Shown here: in pieces, positions 12,122 through 24,699 of the stretch
Layout of the letters: every line of letters begins with the position of its first letter
Position numbering within the stretch: the stretch's first letter is position 1
Translations under genes and position numbers: made by a program
Notes under the pieces: model-generated
The model's database searches: none
Told to the model about the DNA's origin: nothing
Seen by the model: only the letters and a program-made list of their open reading frames with translations
From: Penicillus capitatus
Taxonomy: Eukaryota; Plantae; Chlorophyta
DNA length: 64,000 nucleotides
Reading direction: 5' to 3'
Assembly: GCA_965649825.1 (NCBI GenBank)
Contig: OZ287705.1
Coordinates: 62,001-126,000, forward strand

Positions 12122-13875
12122 CTAAAGTTGCCTCAACTTCTCCGGAAGGAACTTTCTCACGCTTTGCGGCAGGCGTTTCGTTGCTCCCTTCACCCATCCA
12201 ACGACTCTGGCTCTGCCCTTGTCGTTTTTGATCGATATCATCTGACAGTGCACCTCTCTAAAGAGATCTAGCATGCGTGGCACGTGATCGCTGTCGACGA
12301 TCTCCAAACGGATCCACAATCCCAGATGCATCTCCATACGTCCACGATCATCGCTTGCCATGTTGAGTCGTTGATCGAGACGGTTGACGCCTGAACAGGG
12401 AATGCCCGCCACTGCATGGATGTCCGAGTCGGTGCCGCTCTGACCAAACTCCAGCTCCAAGAATCCTTGTCCGAAGACGGCAACGCGAATCTTGTGTACG
12501 GCGCAGGAGTACAGGCGACGGTCGCCCCCCGAAGAGAGGCGGATGTCGACGAGGACCGTGTCCGCGTTTCTCAATTCGAGAGGGAGCATGTCGAAGGCCG
12601 CGGACAGGTCACTCAGCGACTGCACCTCGGTTCTCTCCATCTCGCGGTGTGACATGCCGTGGATCAACTTGTGGCCACGGCGACCGATGGCAAGCTCCAG
12701 GTCAAATGCGTGTCTTGCCGACGGCGATGAGGCGACGTCTGGCAGATGTAGGAGGCCAGGCAGCGAAGCAGCGTGTCCTGGGCGGAAGAAACCATCGTTG
12801 AGGGCCTCGGCCGCCGTCATTCTGGCACTGGGATCGCCATGCAGGAAGGACTTGACGAAACGAAGCGCCAGCCACTCCTCTGCAGAGCGGGCGCTGCAGA
12901 GGTCCCCGCCCAAGAGGCAGCGATCGTAAGGCCATCCAGACCAGCGACGGGTCACGGCGTCCAGAACGCGAACGGGATCCCAAACGGAACAGCCTGTGAG
13001 CAGAGCGCGTGGTGAGGACGGCCATGTATCCAACAGAGAGCTTACGGTTGAGGACTTCGAATGCCAGCATACCAAAAGACCACATGTCCATGGAGCGCTC
13101 TAGCGAGATGTGACTGGGATGTCGCATCAAGGCTCGGGTCAGTTCAGGGGGATCGTAAGGACTGCCACATCGGCACGGTATGCTCAACTCCTCCGCTCGC
13201 CCAGCGTACCCCAGGCTCACCAGTTTCCAGCAGAAGTCCTCGGAGAACCACATGACATGGGAGGAATGCAGATGTCCATGAACAATGCCGTGACCGTGAA
13301 GATAGTCAAGCGCTTCGAGAATCTGCACACAGACGACGATGCTGCCAACGCGTGTTTGCCCGAAGCAGCATGCACCTGATAGAGAAGGTTCTTCTGTTCC
13401 ACGCGCGAAAGCGAGCGTCTTGTCATTAGGTCCCCGACGGTCAGATCTCCTTTCTCCAGCACTAACAGTGGAGGAAGTCCGCTAGAAGCTGTTCGATGAT
13501 CGATCATCCTGCAGACCATGAGATGTGAAAACCGTGAGTCGGAGGATTTAGTGTTCTGTCACCTGCAAATGTATCTGCATCCGTCTGTAAGGGACTCGTG
13601 ATTTCTAACAGCGTTATCACAGCTTGAAGACCTTATGTCGAAGACCTTGACAAAAACATTCTTCCCGGTGCGCTGGTCCACAGCGAGATAGCAACAGGGT
13701 GGCGATGCTTGGCGTCTCTCCTGTGAAGTGCGTCTAGCAGTGACACCGTTGGAGAGGCGGAGAGACGTGGAGATTGCGACCTGTCGGCAACGAGGCCGTT
13801 TTCTATTAGCGGTTCGAGTCCCATCCCCCTTCGGTTGCGCGAGTCCTCGACGTTTTCGATATCATTGGACGACAT
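12122..13875 (-). CDS. Pseudokinase + C-terminal beta-domain protein, family member A
   Basis: Spliced model: …GKNVFVKVF…YICR|MIDH…LLVLEKGD…LYQ|ILEALDYLHGHGIVHGHLHSSHVMWF…KLVSLG…SMDMWSFGMLAFEVL…DPSARMTAAEALNDGFF, then ~200 aa ending …LDLFREVHCQMIS…. HRD is HGH; DFG is SLG. Confidence 0.8.
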
Positions 13876-14850
13876 TTATCTGCGGAGTCGATAAAACAAA
13901 ACAAGTCTCTGTTCGAAGTACGACAAAACGCTCACAATTCTAGACAACTTAAATGACAAGGCTGTCTGCCGATTGGACCGCAGAGTTTTGTACAACAGTG
14001 CCGAGGCGAAAAAACGACAAGAATGCCATCTCCCGAATGGTCGAGCGCACGAGGACCGTTGAATCCTTGCATTTGAAGCAACGCCTCTGTCGCCGACAAT
14101 GAAAACGGAGAGCCCAAAATCGGCTTCTAAAGCGTGACCTAGGCTTCTGTACCGCGGAGAGGGACACACGGGAACAAACATCGTCCCACGTTGCGATAAC
14201 GACGACAGAAGGCAACAAGGCGGACTGTTTGGACTCGAACGAAGTCCATCGAAAACGACGAAACGCAGCTCTGCCTAACAAAGCTATATGCACGGGAGGG
14301 AATACACATAATGAAGGGGGCAATAGCAAATTGCCTTTGGTCAAACCACGGACAGGCCTTTGTCTGTCACGAGTCACTCCTGTCCTTCTGCGCGCGAATT
14401 CAGGTCAGGAACGCCACGAGGACGGCACGTCGAAGGGCAATGTGCCTCATAGGCGCTATCTGCTGTCCATAGGTGCGTTATTAGCCTTCGTCCGCTCTAC
14501 TAGCATGGAGCCACGCGTTGTGCCCTCTTGCGCTTTCTGCAGTTGGAATGCCTGATTTCTCACATGCTCAACTCCGTCGCAGCTGCTCTGCAATCGTATG
14601 AGTAGAAATTGCCTCGTATTCAACATATCCTTACTCATGCCTTACTCATGCCATGTCAATACATCGTCATTTCTCGGTTTAAGGATATAAAACGATTCTC
14701 CACCTCAAACGCGGTTCTTGAGCGATTCCCCGTCTTCGGAGAGTGACACAGTCTCACCTGTAAAACGTTTGGCTAAGCACGTCGATTGCTTGACCGACTG
14801 ACCTCGCAAAGCCATTCGGTCTCGAGGCAGATTTCTTTCTGCCGAACACT

Positions 14851-16154
14851 ATGGCCAGCAAAGCCGACGCAGGTACGACGGACGTTTTCTGCACGGCCTC
14901 GACCGACTGACTCGAGTGGCGTCTCTACCTTAGGAACGACTCACAAGTATCGGCGGGATTCGAAGTACGGTATGCCGTACTCTGTTCAACCAAGCTTCGC
15001 GTCCAGCATCGGCACATACGGAAACCGTCGCCAAAACACGGATGCTTCGCCCCGTGACTCGGAGGAGGGAACATCAGGTGACGTTGTCAGCATCGCCGCT
15101 CATCGCCTTCCTTTCGCCCCACACAAATCTCGCCGTGCTGCGCCTCTGATCAACCGTCCTTTGATTCCAATCAATACCCGGCGACAGTTATGCCTTGAAA
15201 AGCAGATAGACAATCAAGGTGCATCCCGAGACCGTTCGGCGATTCCATACGACTGATCTGTTTTTCAGGTGCGACGCAGACCTCTTTGGCATGGAACCTG
15301 CATATTGAACAAGAGACAGCATGCAGCACATCATGTGAGGTACACTACCCTCAACGATGCAGTCACTGCCCTGAGCTCTGTCTTGTGTGTAGACATCCGC
15401 AACTAGCAGTCCGCAAGACGCGCGCCGTTTGCGATTCGCTAACTCGACCGAGAGATGCGTAAAGGTCGAGGTCTCTGCGGAACGTCTGCGCCAAAACAGT
15501 CCTTCGACAGAGGCGCTGCTGTACAGGAAAGGCAGGAAGGCGCTGACGTTTCATGACAGCTGCAGTGATGACGGATTCGTCTTCGGTTCACGAGCAGGCG
15601 AGCATTGCCTCCTGCGCATTCGGATCGAGAGCGTCAACGACGACGCGATCATCCCGATTGAAAACGTGACGCATGTTCAGTTACTGCACCAGATGGGCCG
15701 AATGCGAAATCTCCAGATCGCTGAGACTAAGAACAGAGCATACGTTAAGGAGACGACGGCATTGCTGGAGCCCTGGATGCTGCGACGTCGCAGAGGCGCT
15801 GCTCGCGACGAGACGATGTTGACGGAAGAACTGATCTTCCAACTGCACATTCGTGTGGCTCTCGAGGGCGCGGGGCGCTGCGAGGACGATATAGTCAAGA
15901 CCTTCCGCTGGAGGACGGTGCCGAAAATGAAAATGACGGTGCCGCTGTGCTGGAAAGGAATTCGAATGGGAACACGAAGTCCTGCACCGTATTCATTACA
16001 GACAGACAGGACTCCGGTGCCGAACTCAATGGGTGATGGCCGAGTTGATTGTCGGAAAAGGAGATGGACACGCGGGAGAAGGGAGATGACGACCTTCTTA
16101 CCTGAAGTGTCATGGATTCATACCTTTAGCGTTTGTCGTGATATGGACACGTGA
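14851..16154 (+). CDS. Family member D: same C-terminal beta-domain, low-complexity N-terminus, no kinase domain
   Basis: ATG 14851 with three frame-consistent GT-AG introns. LLRIRIESVNDDAIIPIENVTHVQL…TTALLEPWML aligns with LRVCITPDEELPFPIEGVASVRV…AMALLQPSKF of member C. Confidence 0.68.
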
Positions 16155-18920
16155 CGCCGTCGAACATGAACGGTAGCCGTGTCGTTGAAAGCAGTAAAAC
16201 GAACGTACTTGACGAATGGGTTTACATCGTGTGTGTCTCGAAAACACATTGCAGTGGGAAACAAATGGTCATAACATCTTCAAAAGTATCTTTGGTATTC
16301 TTTCGTTATTGTACCATACTCTAGCAGACATGGGTATAGGTTTGGTTATCCTGATCGGATGATGTCTATCATAGTGGGATCTGTGCATTTTTACTGTTAT
16401 CGTACTCGATGTAACGGAAATTGACTCTGCTTTTTCGCTGATCTACTTCCAGCAGCAACCAACACGATACGTACAATGCTCGTCTCTTCTCTCTGTATGC
16501 CAAAGCTCTGGCGAGAAATAATAAACCTTACATGTGTATCAGCTTCTGCCAAAAAGCACGTCATAGAGCCAGAATTAAGACAAAGAGACACGTTGGATCT
16601 TTTGGGAAAGTGTTAATCATTAAGATGTCACAAGACTGCCACATTTTGAATGTTGTGTTTGTGGTTCAGAATTGCGCGTGTGTATACGGCATCGGAGGAC
16701 ACGAAATTTTGTATCGCGTGCGCGTGTCTGGTAGAGTGGAAGGAGTGGTTGTTTGCACAAAACGTGCGTCGTTCTGACCCACCTGTGCACTGGAGTGAGT
16801 AAGCGCGATGCGTTCCTCAACGTTCTATCCAGGTGCGTACGTTCTAAAGAAATCCTCGCAGCGAGGCAGCAAGTCTCCCTGGTGAAATGTTAAACAGCGT
16901 GTCACCACTAGGTCGTTTTCGTTTCACGGCGAGAAAGCTTCGCGGGAGATCGTTGTGGGCCGGACGGCAAATCACTGTCTGCCCTCGTGGAAGATCGTCA
17001 TTTCGGGCGAAAGAAGAGTGGTCAGCAGTCGTTGGCGAGATCTGCAGTAGAAGAGAGGCGAAGAAGATTCAATCTGCTTGTAAGAAGTCAGACGGTTCTT
17101 CGTTGCCGACTCTTCGCCGGGCGACAAAGACGAGGAGGACATCTGCACAGCACTGCGTCGCCTTAGATTCTTTCCGGTGCATCGAGTAAGCGGTATGGAG
17201 TTGCGAAGGAGTGACGCCGATCATTTTAATCCCCGGTAATAAGAGGATAGCTTACAGATAGGTTTTTGTCATCAGATCTATACCTGACAGCTGCTGTTTT
17301 GATTTGTTTCATCAGATTTAGTTTTGAATAAGTGGGTGTCTGTCTGGAAAACCGGATCTCGGAATTCTAATGAGGACTCGTGGAGAGTAATTGTTTTCTT
17401 GTTTCAACGTCTGCATCATGTTGGCTGATGCAATGGACATCTGTCTCTTTTCATTTCATTGTCCAACTCGTTATGTTGTCTGCCAAGATGCGACGGAACT
17501 CCCGTTGCAGATTTAGCTGGTTATCGTTGCAAACTTATGGAACAGTGCGTGATATCTCCGACTTCAGATAATGCGTTCTTTGCATCTTTATTGTCTGCAT
17601 TTCATTCTGTTGAAAACAAAGAGGAAGTGATTTCACCAGTGTGTGATCTGCGTCTGAGGAAATCCTTCTTTGCTGAATTGTCTTGATCGTCAATGTCAAA
17701 TAACATTCTCACCACTCAATCTGGAATAACACATAAATAACAATAAACTTCATATCTTGTCCATTTGCCCTTAATGACTTGTCCGCGACACAGCGTATTG
17801 AGTACACGTATTGAATACTGCAAGTTGTGATGCGCACGAACTCCGCATCGACGGAAAGGAATCGAATGTTGTGCACACTCTGTGAATGAGAATTATGAAG
17901 ATTGAGTGTTCACTGCGTATCGCATTTTTTTCATTTCTGCTTTGGAATTGACTGTTGAAGTGTCACATTTCTAACCAGATTGTCTATCCTGTCCTGCCTG
18001 ACTTGCGCTGGACATTCGTCATCCAGTGTTCCGAGTTCAGAGTCGAAGTTAAATGCTTGAAGATGTATAACGAAGCATGTCTTTTCTCTGAGCTCCAGAA
18101 GGAAGCTGAAAGTGAAAGAACAGTAGAAGCAGTGATGGTCGACTGGAGCACTCTGGAGTACTTCCAGTTCGTTTCGTGGCAGAACGTCTTGTCTTTTCAA
18201 TCCTTGCGCTCTAATGATGTAAGCAAATCGTTGCCCCTGTCTGCTTGCCCATCTCTGTCACGGCGCGGTGGAGACGTCACATCAAAACGTACATACCTAA
18301 TTTCTGGCTGCGGGAACGGACCATCCAGGGTCGTCTATAGCGTCGAATACCTCGTCGCGTTTTCTGCAAGGTAAGAAATGTGAACACAGAACATGAAACG
18401 TCATGTCGTCTACGAAAGCGCGAGCTTCTACCGCTGTCGTCGATCTGACGCCGAGTCGAACGCGCCCCGTCCAGAAGCACGATCAAATCGTTCAATCAAG
18501 AGTTGCTCTTACACAACTGAACGCCGTCATTTGCGGCGAACTTGACAGTCGGATGCAGAGGTGAATACTGTTCGTTGCATTCGCTCTGCTCAGACAGAGC
18601 GACAAGGAAAAAGAACAACAGCCATTCAAAAGCGGCATGACAAGCACTGCTCGCGGCAAAACGGAAGCACAGATAATCCACCCAGCAGCGGTATGTTCAC
18701 CTCACAGAGCATGAAAGCCACAAGAACGGCAAGAAAACGAAAATGGTGGATATCGAACAAGCCGACACAACATCAGGACCATCGACGATAGCAACGCCAA
18801 AAATTACCCTCGCCCTTGTTCATTCTAGGCGTCTATTACGTGCAAAGGCACAACGTAATGTACGTCTTAAACGACGCATCTTAGCGGAAAACTGTGAAAA
18901 AGATGGTGTGACGGAACTGG

Positions 18921-19515
18921 CTATGGGGTAAGGGTAGCAGTTTGGCGCAAGGGATTCGACGCCTGACCGTTGGCAAAAATCACTCCTGTACCCGTCATGC
19001 GTCCCTCGTCGATCACGGTCCAGACGAACGAAACGATCATGTTCGGATTTTCCGTTACGATGGTTCCCGTGAACTTACACGTCGTCACGTCGTATCTTGC
19101 CGCCATAGTGAGGGGAGTCGAAAGGGGTGGATTGGTGGAAAAATTCTCGGCGGTGCCCGTACCTGCGATAGAGAAGAGTTAGCGTGAGCGAATGCAGAAC
19201 GCTGTGGGTACACCTTGATAGATACTGCCCGTCACGGCAGACATGTCGACGCGGTAGGAGAAACTGCCGACGATACCCTCATTGACCACCACCCATTCAC
19301 CATCACTCGGACGCGCGCACACCGCCTTTTGGAGCACGACACGTTGCGGACGGTGTGGACCTTTCAATAAACCTTCGTCCGCTTCGGCAGCTGTCCAAAA
19401 AACGGCGGCCGTTACGAGGGCGACGAGGAAAACTACACACAGACAACGTTGCGTCGACGGGTCGGACGGCAGACGATGCGGCGAAGTTTGCCTCACCTTT
19501 GCGAAGGGCCATCAT
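18921..19515 (-). CDS. Small secreted beta-rich protein of unknown function, paralogue 2 (2 introns, intact)
   Basis: ATG 19515; AAG|GTGAGG…GTGTAG intron gives MMALRKVFLVALVTAAVFWTAAEA-DE. A 51-nt second intron with GCTAAC branch point gives …SIYQGTGTAENF…ARYDVTTCKFTGTIV…QTATLTP*. Confidence 0.8.
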
Positions 19516-19694
19516 AGCTTTCGTTTCGAATAGATTTTTAGTGAGACGGCTGAGCTTCGAAAACCGACAAAAGTGTTCAGTCTCCGGGTCGGAAGGGAAA
19601 GTCGAATTCGCGTTCAAAGTTTATTCGTGAGGGCTCCTCTCCGCTGCGTTTAAATAGCAGTCATGACTAATCGTTACGTGGGTTTTGGGTAATC

Positions 19695-19907
19695 GAAATG
19701 GACACATCGACGGCGAAAGGGCCATATGAATGCGCTGTCGTCAGCGTTACGTTGGCTGTAAAAGGGCGAAATGGACGATTGGATGACGGAAAGGTCACAT
19801 AAACGTGCAGACATCAGCGTTACGTTGGCTGCAAAAGGGCGAAATGGACGAATGGATGACGGAAGGGCCATATGAACGCGCTGTCGTCAGCGTCACGTTG
19901 GCTGCAG
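19695..19907. repeat. ~73-bp tandem repeat, ~2.8 copies, upstream of paralogue 2
   Basis: Unit GAAAGGGCCATATGAATGCGCTGTCGTCAGCGTTACGTTGGCTGYAAAAGGGCGAAATGGACGAWTGGATGACG repeated with variation. Confidence 0.85.
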
Positions 19908-20370
19908 GTTCGTGTCAAACCGTAAGGACACGTCTCTTCCACAGCTGGCAATGCATTATGCCTCCAGACAATCAAGCCATCGCTAAATCGAAACCAGCCT
20001 TCTTATCCGTACGACTGACGGACGTGACATCTGCATTCTTGGCGTTAGCAGTGATGACGCCGACGTCGATGACAATGGCTGTGATGACTCAGCTTTGGAA
20101 GGAAGGTCCTCTGGCTCCGTGAACGTCACACGTCACGTCAGGTGTCTGTCGCTATGCCTGCCGATAGACACATGCCACTGCGTCGTCTGCATGCGAAGGC
20201 GACGGAATCGGTCACGACAACGAACCCGAAATCCCCATATTCAGGTATGCGTGTCGCCGAACAACACACAGGGCGTTCTGCCCAATGACACTCGTAAACA
20301 AACTGCCGGACGTCATCGTTCTGCCTAGATCCGCAGCAGCTAATTGGACTGACCCCTCGAACTTACAGAC

Positions 20371-22628
20371 ATGTCAAACCCGCGCCCAACGAAGTCCTCT
20401 GCTTTTGACTCCGGTCCGAGAACCGACGACACTCGCCGAGAGCGACCGTCACCAGAGGGGAGAAGATTCAAGCTGCCCAGAAGCAAAAGAATAGGGTCGA
20501 GGGGTTCGGGAGAGCATGAAAGAAGACGCGTGGACTCGACTCCAGATTCTGTCGTCCCGTCACCCATCGGCGCATCTTCTTCCCGTACCACCACCATTCC
20601 TAACACTCCAGTTCTGTGACACTGGCTGCCGAGCAGACCAGTCGGCGAGAGTGGAAGGACACTCGGTGCCCTTTCACGCTTCGGCAATACCGCCGAGATC
20701 ATCAAGTCTGCCTCCTACCCTCGTGAGAGACCCGCGCATCGCTCCCTTGCATCATCGCATCTATATGCGTGTTTTGCCAGAGCGAGGCACAGACATCGCT
20801 GTCCAGACTCGGCGACGAGGGAAGTGCTCATGTGGAGTTCTTGATGCAACTCAACTCGCTCAAGGATGGTCGGATGTTCGCCGGCAGGTACGTCGCCGAC
20901 GATAAGGTTCTGTCCACGAGGATGTGTGACCTTGCAGGTATCGGCTCGAGGAGCAAAGGATCCAAGGAAAACCGCACTGTCGCTACGCCGTTGAGAAATC
21001 CAACGGCCATCGCGTTTTTCTCAAGTTTTTCCCGCGCGATTCGACAGATTTTGAAAACGCTGTGGAAATCTACAGCGCATTAGATTCAGGAAACTCGCAC
21101 ATCAATAGGCAAACCCACTCACTACCCACAGTTCTCCTGCTGAAAGCGTTCGATCTTCGTTCAGACTGATAGAAACCATCGAAGGCATCTACGGCTTCCC
21201 TCCGTGTCTCGTCCTGGAGAGAGGCGACTACAGACTCGCAGAGAGAATCGCGAAAGGGCAGATGTCGCTCATCGATCAGAAGGCCATTCTCAATTCGGTA
21301 CGCCCCCCGTTCGACAATGCCGTCGACGCCGATCGTTTCTCCAGGTGCTCGAGGCGCTCGATCACATCCACTCCAGAGGAATCACTCATGGCAATCTCGA
21401 CCCATCACATCTTCTGTGGTTCGCCGCCGAGTGTTCCTGGAAACTGGTCGACCTCGAGTACGCATCGCGAGATGGCCGAGCAGCTGCACAGAACGAACCG
21501 AGCAGATACGCATCTCCAGAGTTCAGTCAGGCAAAGAGACGATCGAGGACTCCGATCAGACTCGCTCCGTCGGCAGACATGTGGTCGTTCGGCGTCATCG
21601 CCTTCGAGGTCTTGACCTGTGCGTCGTCTCTCTCCCGCAACGGTCTCCCAATGCGGTCCGTCTGTTCCCCTCAGGTTCTTCGGTGGCCGATTCTAGCGGC
21701 ATCATGGAGTACATCGACGGCAAACTGCAAGAGCCTCCTGCGGACGCAGAGCGGACGCTGGGGAGATGGCTGTCTGCGAATCCGCGAGGTCGCGTCGACT
21801 ACGGAAGCGAAGAGCAGAACCTCCGATTCATCCAGACTTTCCTCCACAAGGACCCGGACAGCAGGCGGACGGCAGTCGAGGCGTTGGAGGATCCCCTCTT
21901 TCGATCTGCCACGGATCTCTACCAACGCCAAGACAGCCACGAGATCGTGCGTAACCCCTCACTCATATCCACCCCACCAAACGACGGGACTGCTGCAGAA
22001 CGCCTTGGGCCCTTCGGAGGGGAGGGAAGAGCCTTCGATGCCTGACTGGGTCTGGACCATAGGGATCGTCAACCGCTTGAAGCTCGTGGTCGATGTGGAG
22101 TACCTGCCGAGCGACATCGGCGAGACGCTTCCCTTCTATCTGCGCACAGGCGAGCAGGCATGGATGTTCGACGATGACTACCTGCCAAGCCACCCCGTCT
22201 ACTTCATAAGACTCGGCAAGACATACCGTTTCCACATCCGAGTCACACCTCAATCCGACTCCGCCCTCATCGTCCGAAAGATTGTCTCCGTCACCGTGAA
22301 GCCTCCGGACTCGGATTCTGCCACACTGACTTTAGAACAGCGCCGCAGAGATGACGAGATCGCAGCCTTAGCACTGTTCCAACCTTCGTTGCTCGGGTCC
22401 AGAAGACTGCAAACAAAGTCGCCTCACTGGGGGACCGTCGATGAGAAGTATGTGAGGCTGGAGGTTGGCATCAAGCTTCTGTTTGGGGAACCAGTATCAC
22501 GGGAGCTCGAATTTCATAAAGCCATCTACTGTAGAGTGATCGGTCCTGGAAAAAAGTTAAGGTTTCATAAATTTTTGGGAATGATCAAAAATGAGAACGT
22601 TCTGCGTCGTCCTTTTGAGATGGAGTGA
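20371..22628 (+). CDS. Pseudokinase + C-terminal beta-domain protein, family member B
   Basis: …FAGR|YRLEEQ…HRVFLKFF…HINR|LIETIEG…CLVLERGD…NS|VLEALDHIHSRGITHGNLDPSHLLWF…KLVDLEY…SADMWSFGVIAFEVLT…DPDSRRTAVEALEDPLF; C-terminus …VDEKYVRLEVGIKLLFGEPVSRELEFHKAIYCRVIG…. HRD is HGN. 5' exons are less certain. Confidence 0.82.
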
Positions 22629-23688
22629 GGTGGTCCTTTTCCATTGCATCGCGAACCACGGCACTGAAGTGGACTGAATGCGGGAAAGGATGACACAGGG
22701 TGTTTTGTTGGTTGGCGTTTCTGCAGCTCGAAAAGAGTGAACTGCCGTTGTGAATCCATCGGACTTATCGAACCCACTGTCGCCGCGTCCGATCAATAAC
22801 GTAGGATTCAGTTAGCAGTGCTTCGCGAGTGACTGACATGTGCAATGATGAGTTATGCGATTCGCGTTGCTTGTCTGTCTAAAAGAACACCGCATACCCT
22901 CCAGCCGTGAAGGACGTCCAAATCTGGAACGACAGAGAGCTGCAGCCACGCGTCGCGTCATCCAGCATCCACTGCCCAGCGAATGAAGTGAAAATCACAG
23001 AGATCTGAAAGCAGGTGGAAAGGACATCTGCCCCCAGAAGGTTAAACGGCGACGATCAGATGGTCTTCGGAGGAAACGTCACTGCCAGAGAAGATTCTCA
23101 GCAGAATGAAGAGTGAGTGAGTGTTTCTCTGTTCGGCTGTTTACCTTCTGCGTGTCTTGTCATTACGGAATGCATGTTTTCCATGACTAGGAGACTCAAT
23201 GGTATAAACGAGACGAGGACATGCGTATCCTTGCACCGATTCCGCCGACGCAGATGTCTGCGTCTCTCGTACACAATACAGGTCGAAACCGTTGTGGGAG
23301 AACGAGGCAAGAAGACCAAAACGACCTGCACGCGTCTCGTCGTTAACGGCCGTCGACGAGACGCGTGCTGCAGGACATCGCCATCCGTTGATGCCATCGA
23401 ACTTCCGTCCGTACCTTAGAGGCTCCTTATCTGTCACATAAGCTTTCGGACGGATCGGCGACACATGGATGACGCGAGGTTCGGCTAGACGTTGTCCAAA
23501 CACGAGGCTTTAGACGAACGCCCCTGGACTCCCCCCTCATGACCTGTCACGAGCATCGAGGGCGACGTCTATCGGGACATGAATTCGGCGACCGGGAGGC
23601 AAGAGTGTGTCACCCACACAGATGGAGATGAAACCGACGTGTTACATGGATGCTGTCCAGGATCATGAGCTCGTCTGTCGATTCCTGT

Positions 23689-24378
23689 CTACAAAGAGTC
23701 ACTTCGAAACCGCAGACTGGATTGCGATGAAGACACAACTTGACAGCAAGGAGAATTTCGAGTCAGATGAGACGCATCGAAAGCGATCTGTCGTTGGGGA
23801 GACGAACAGCGTTTCTCTTCGGTCCCTCTACACCCTGCGTCGATCAGGATCGCCGTCCGAATGCAGTCGACCTGCACTGGAGCAGCGCATTGAAGACATC
23901 GCAAATGAATCGTCGGGAAACGGTACGACCAGATTTGGCCAATGCCGACAAAGATAGCTCTTTCCGTAGAGATTGTCTGGACAGCCTTGAGCGAGCATCG
24001 TTCTCCAGCTCGGCGTCTTCAAGAGACAGTGTTATCTGGTTTTCCTCGTACAGGGACGAGGATACGTCGTCGGGTGCCCACCGGAACCGCTCTCTTTGGC
24101 AGACAGTTCCCGAAAACCGATGATGCCTGCTTTGTGTTTCGTCTGTGGGCGAGACAGTTTGTCGCCGCAGAATTGAAGACGGCAGTCACCGCTGTCCGCA
24201 TACTGTCCAACCGCACGCCTCCTCGAAATCGCTCCTTCAAGACTTCTACTGGCGGCAGTACACGACAGCGCCACTCAGACAACGGTTTGAGGACGACGGC
24301 TACCCCCTTCTGCAGATATAAAATGCCATGCGGCTCTGGCTTCATCATCAGTACTGAATTCCGCCGCGGACTCCTCAA
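23689..24378 (-). CDS. Possible intron-containing gene of unknown function
   Basis: Protein-like open frames (ILYLQKGVAVVLKPLSEWRCRVLPPVEVLKERF…; …DVSSSLYEENQITLSLEDAELEND…RAIFVGIGQIWSYRF) linked by plausible splice sites. No family recognised. Confidence 0.3.
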
Positions 24379-24699
24379 AACGGTGCGGTACTGCTTTCCT
24401 TATTCTCATGTTTAGACCTGTTCTGCTGGTTAAGTAATACTGTACTTGACTACTATTACCGCGGCACTATGGCCTACTTATTCCTTTTAGCTCTGCAAGC
24501 CTTTTATACTTTGTTCATATCTGTAGAGTATTCGCAGCCATTGTCAGTAGCTTAGCCACAGCAACAGTGACAACATTATCGATAGCTTTCCTAGTTTGTG
24601 TGATAGTACGGTCGGTCTGTTTGCTCCGTTGGTCTCACCTAATCCTGCAAAACGTGTAGAGGACTAAAGCATCCGTGCATCCACAACCACCTCCACCTC

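Larger units (their letters stand above)
17950..20020 (+). repeat. Direct segmental duplication, copy B (partner 1-3300)
   Basis: Same collinear matches as copy A. Confidence 0.9.

Noticed and set aside
13805-13830. GGTTCGAGTCCC resembling a tRNA T-loop
   Set aside because: The T-stem does not pair, there is no D-arm or acceptor stem, and it is the antisense of a coding exon (MGLEPLI) of member A.
14627-14652. CCTTACTCATG tandem duplication
   Set aside because: Only two 11-bp copies; ordinary slippage with no further structure.
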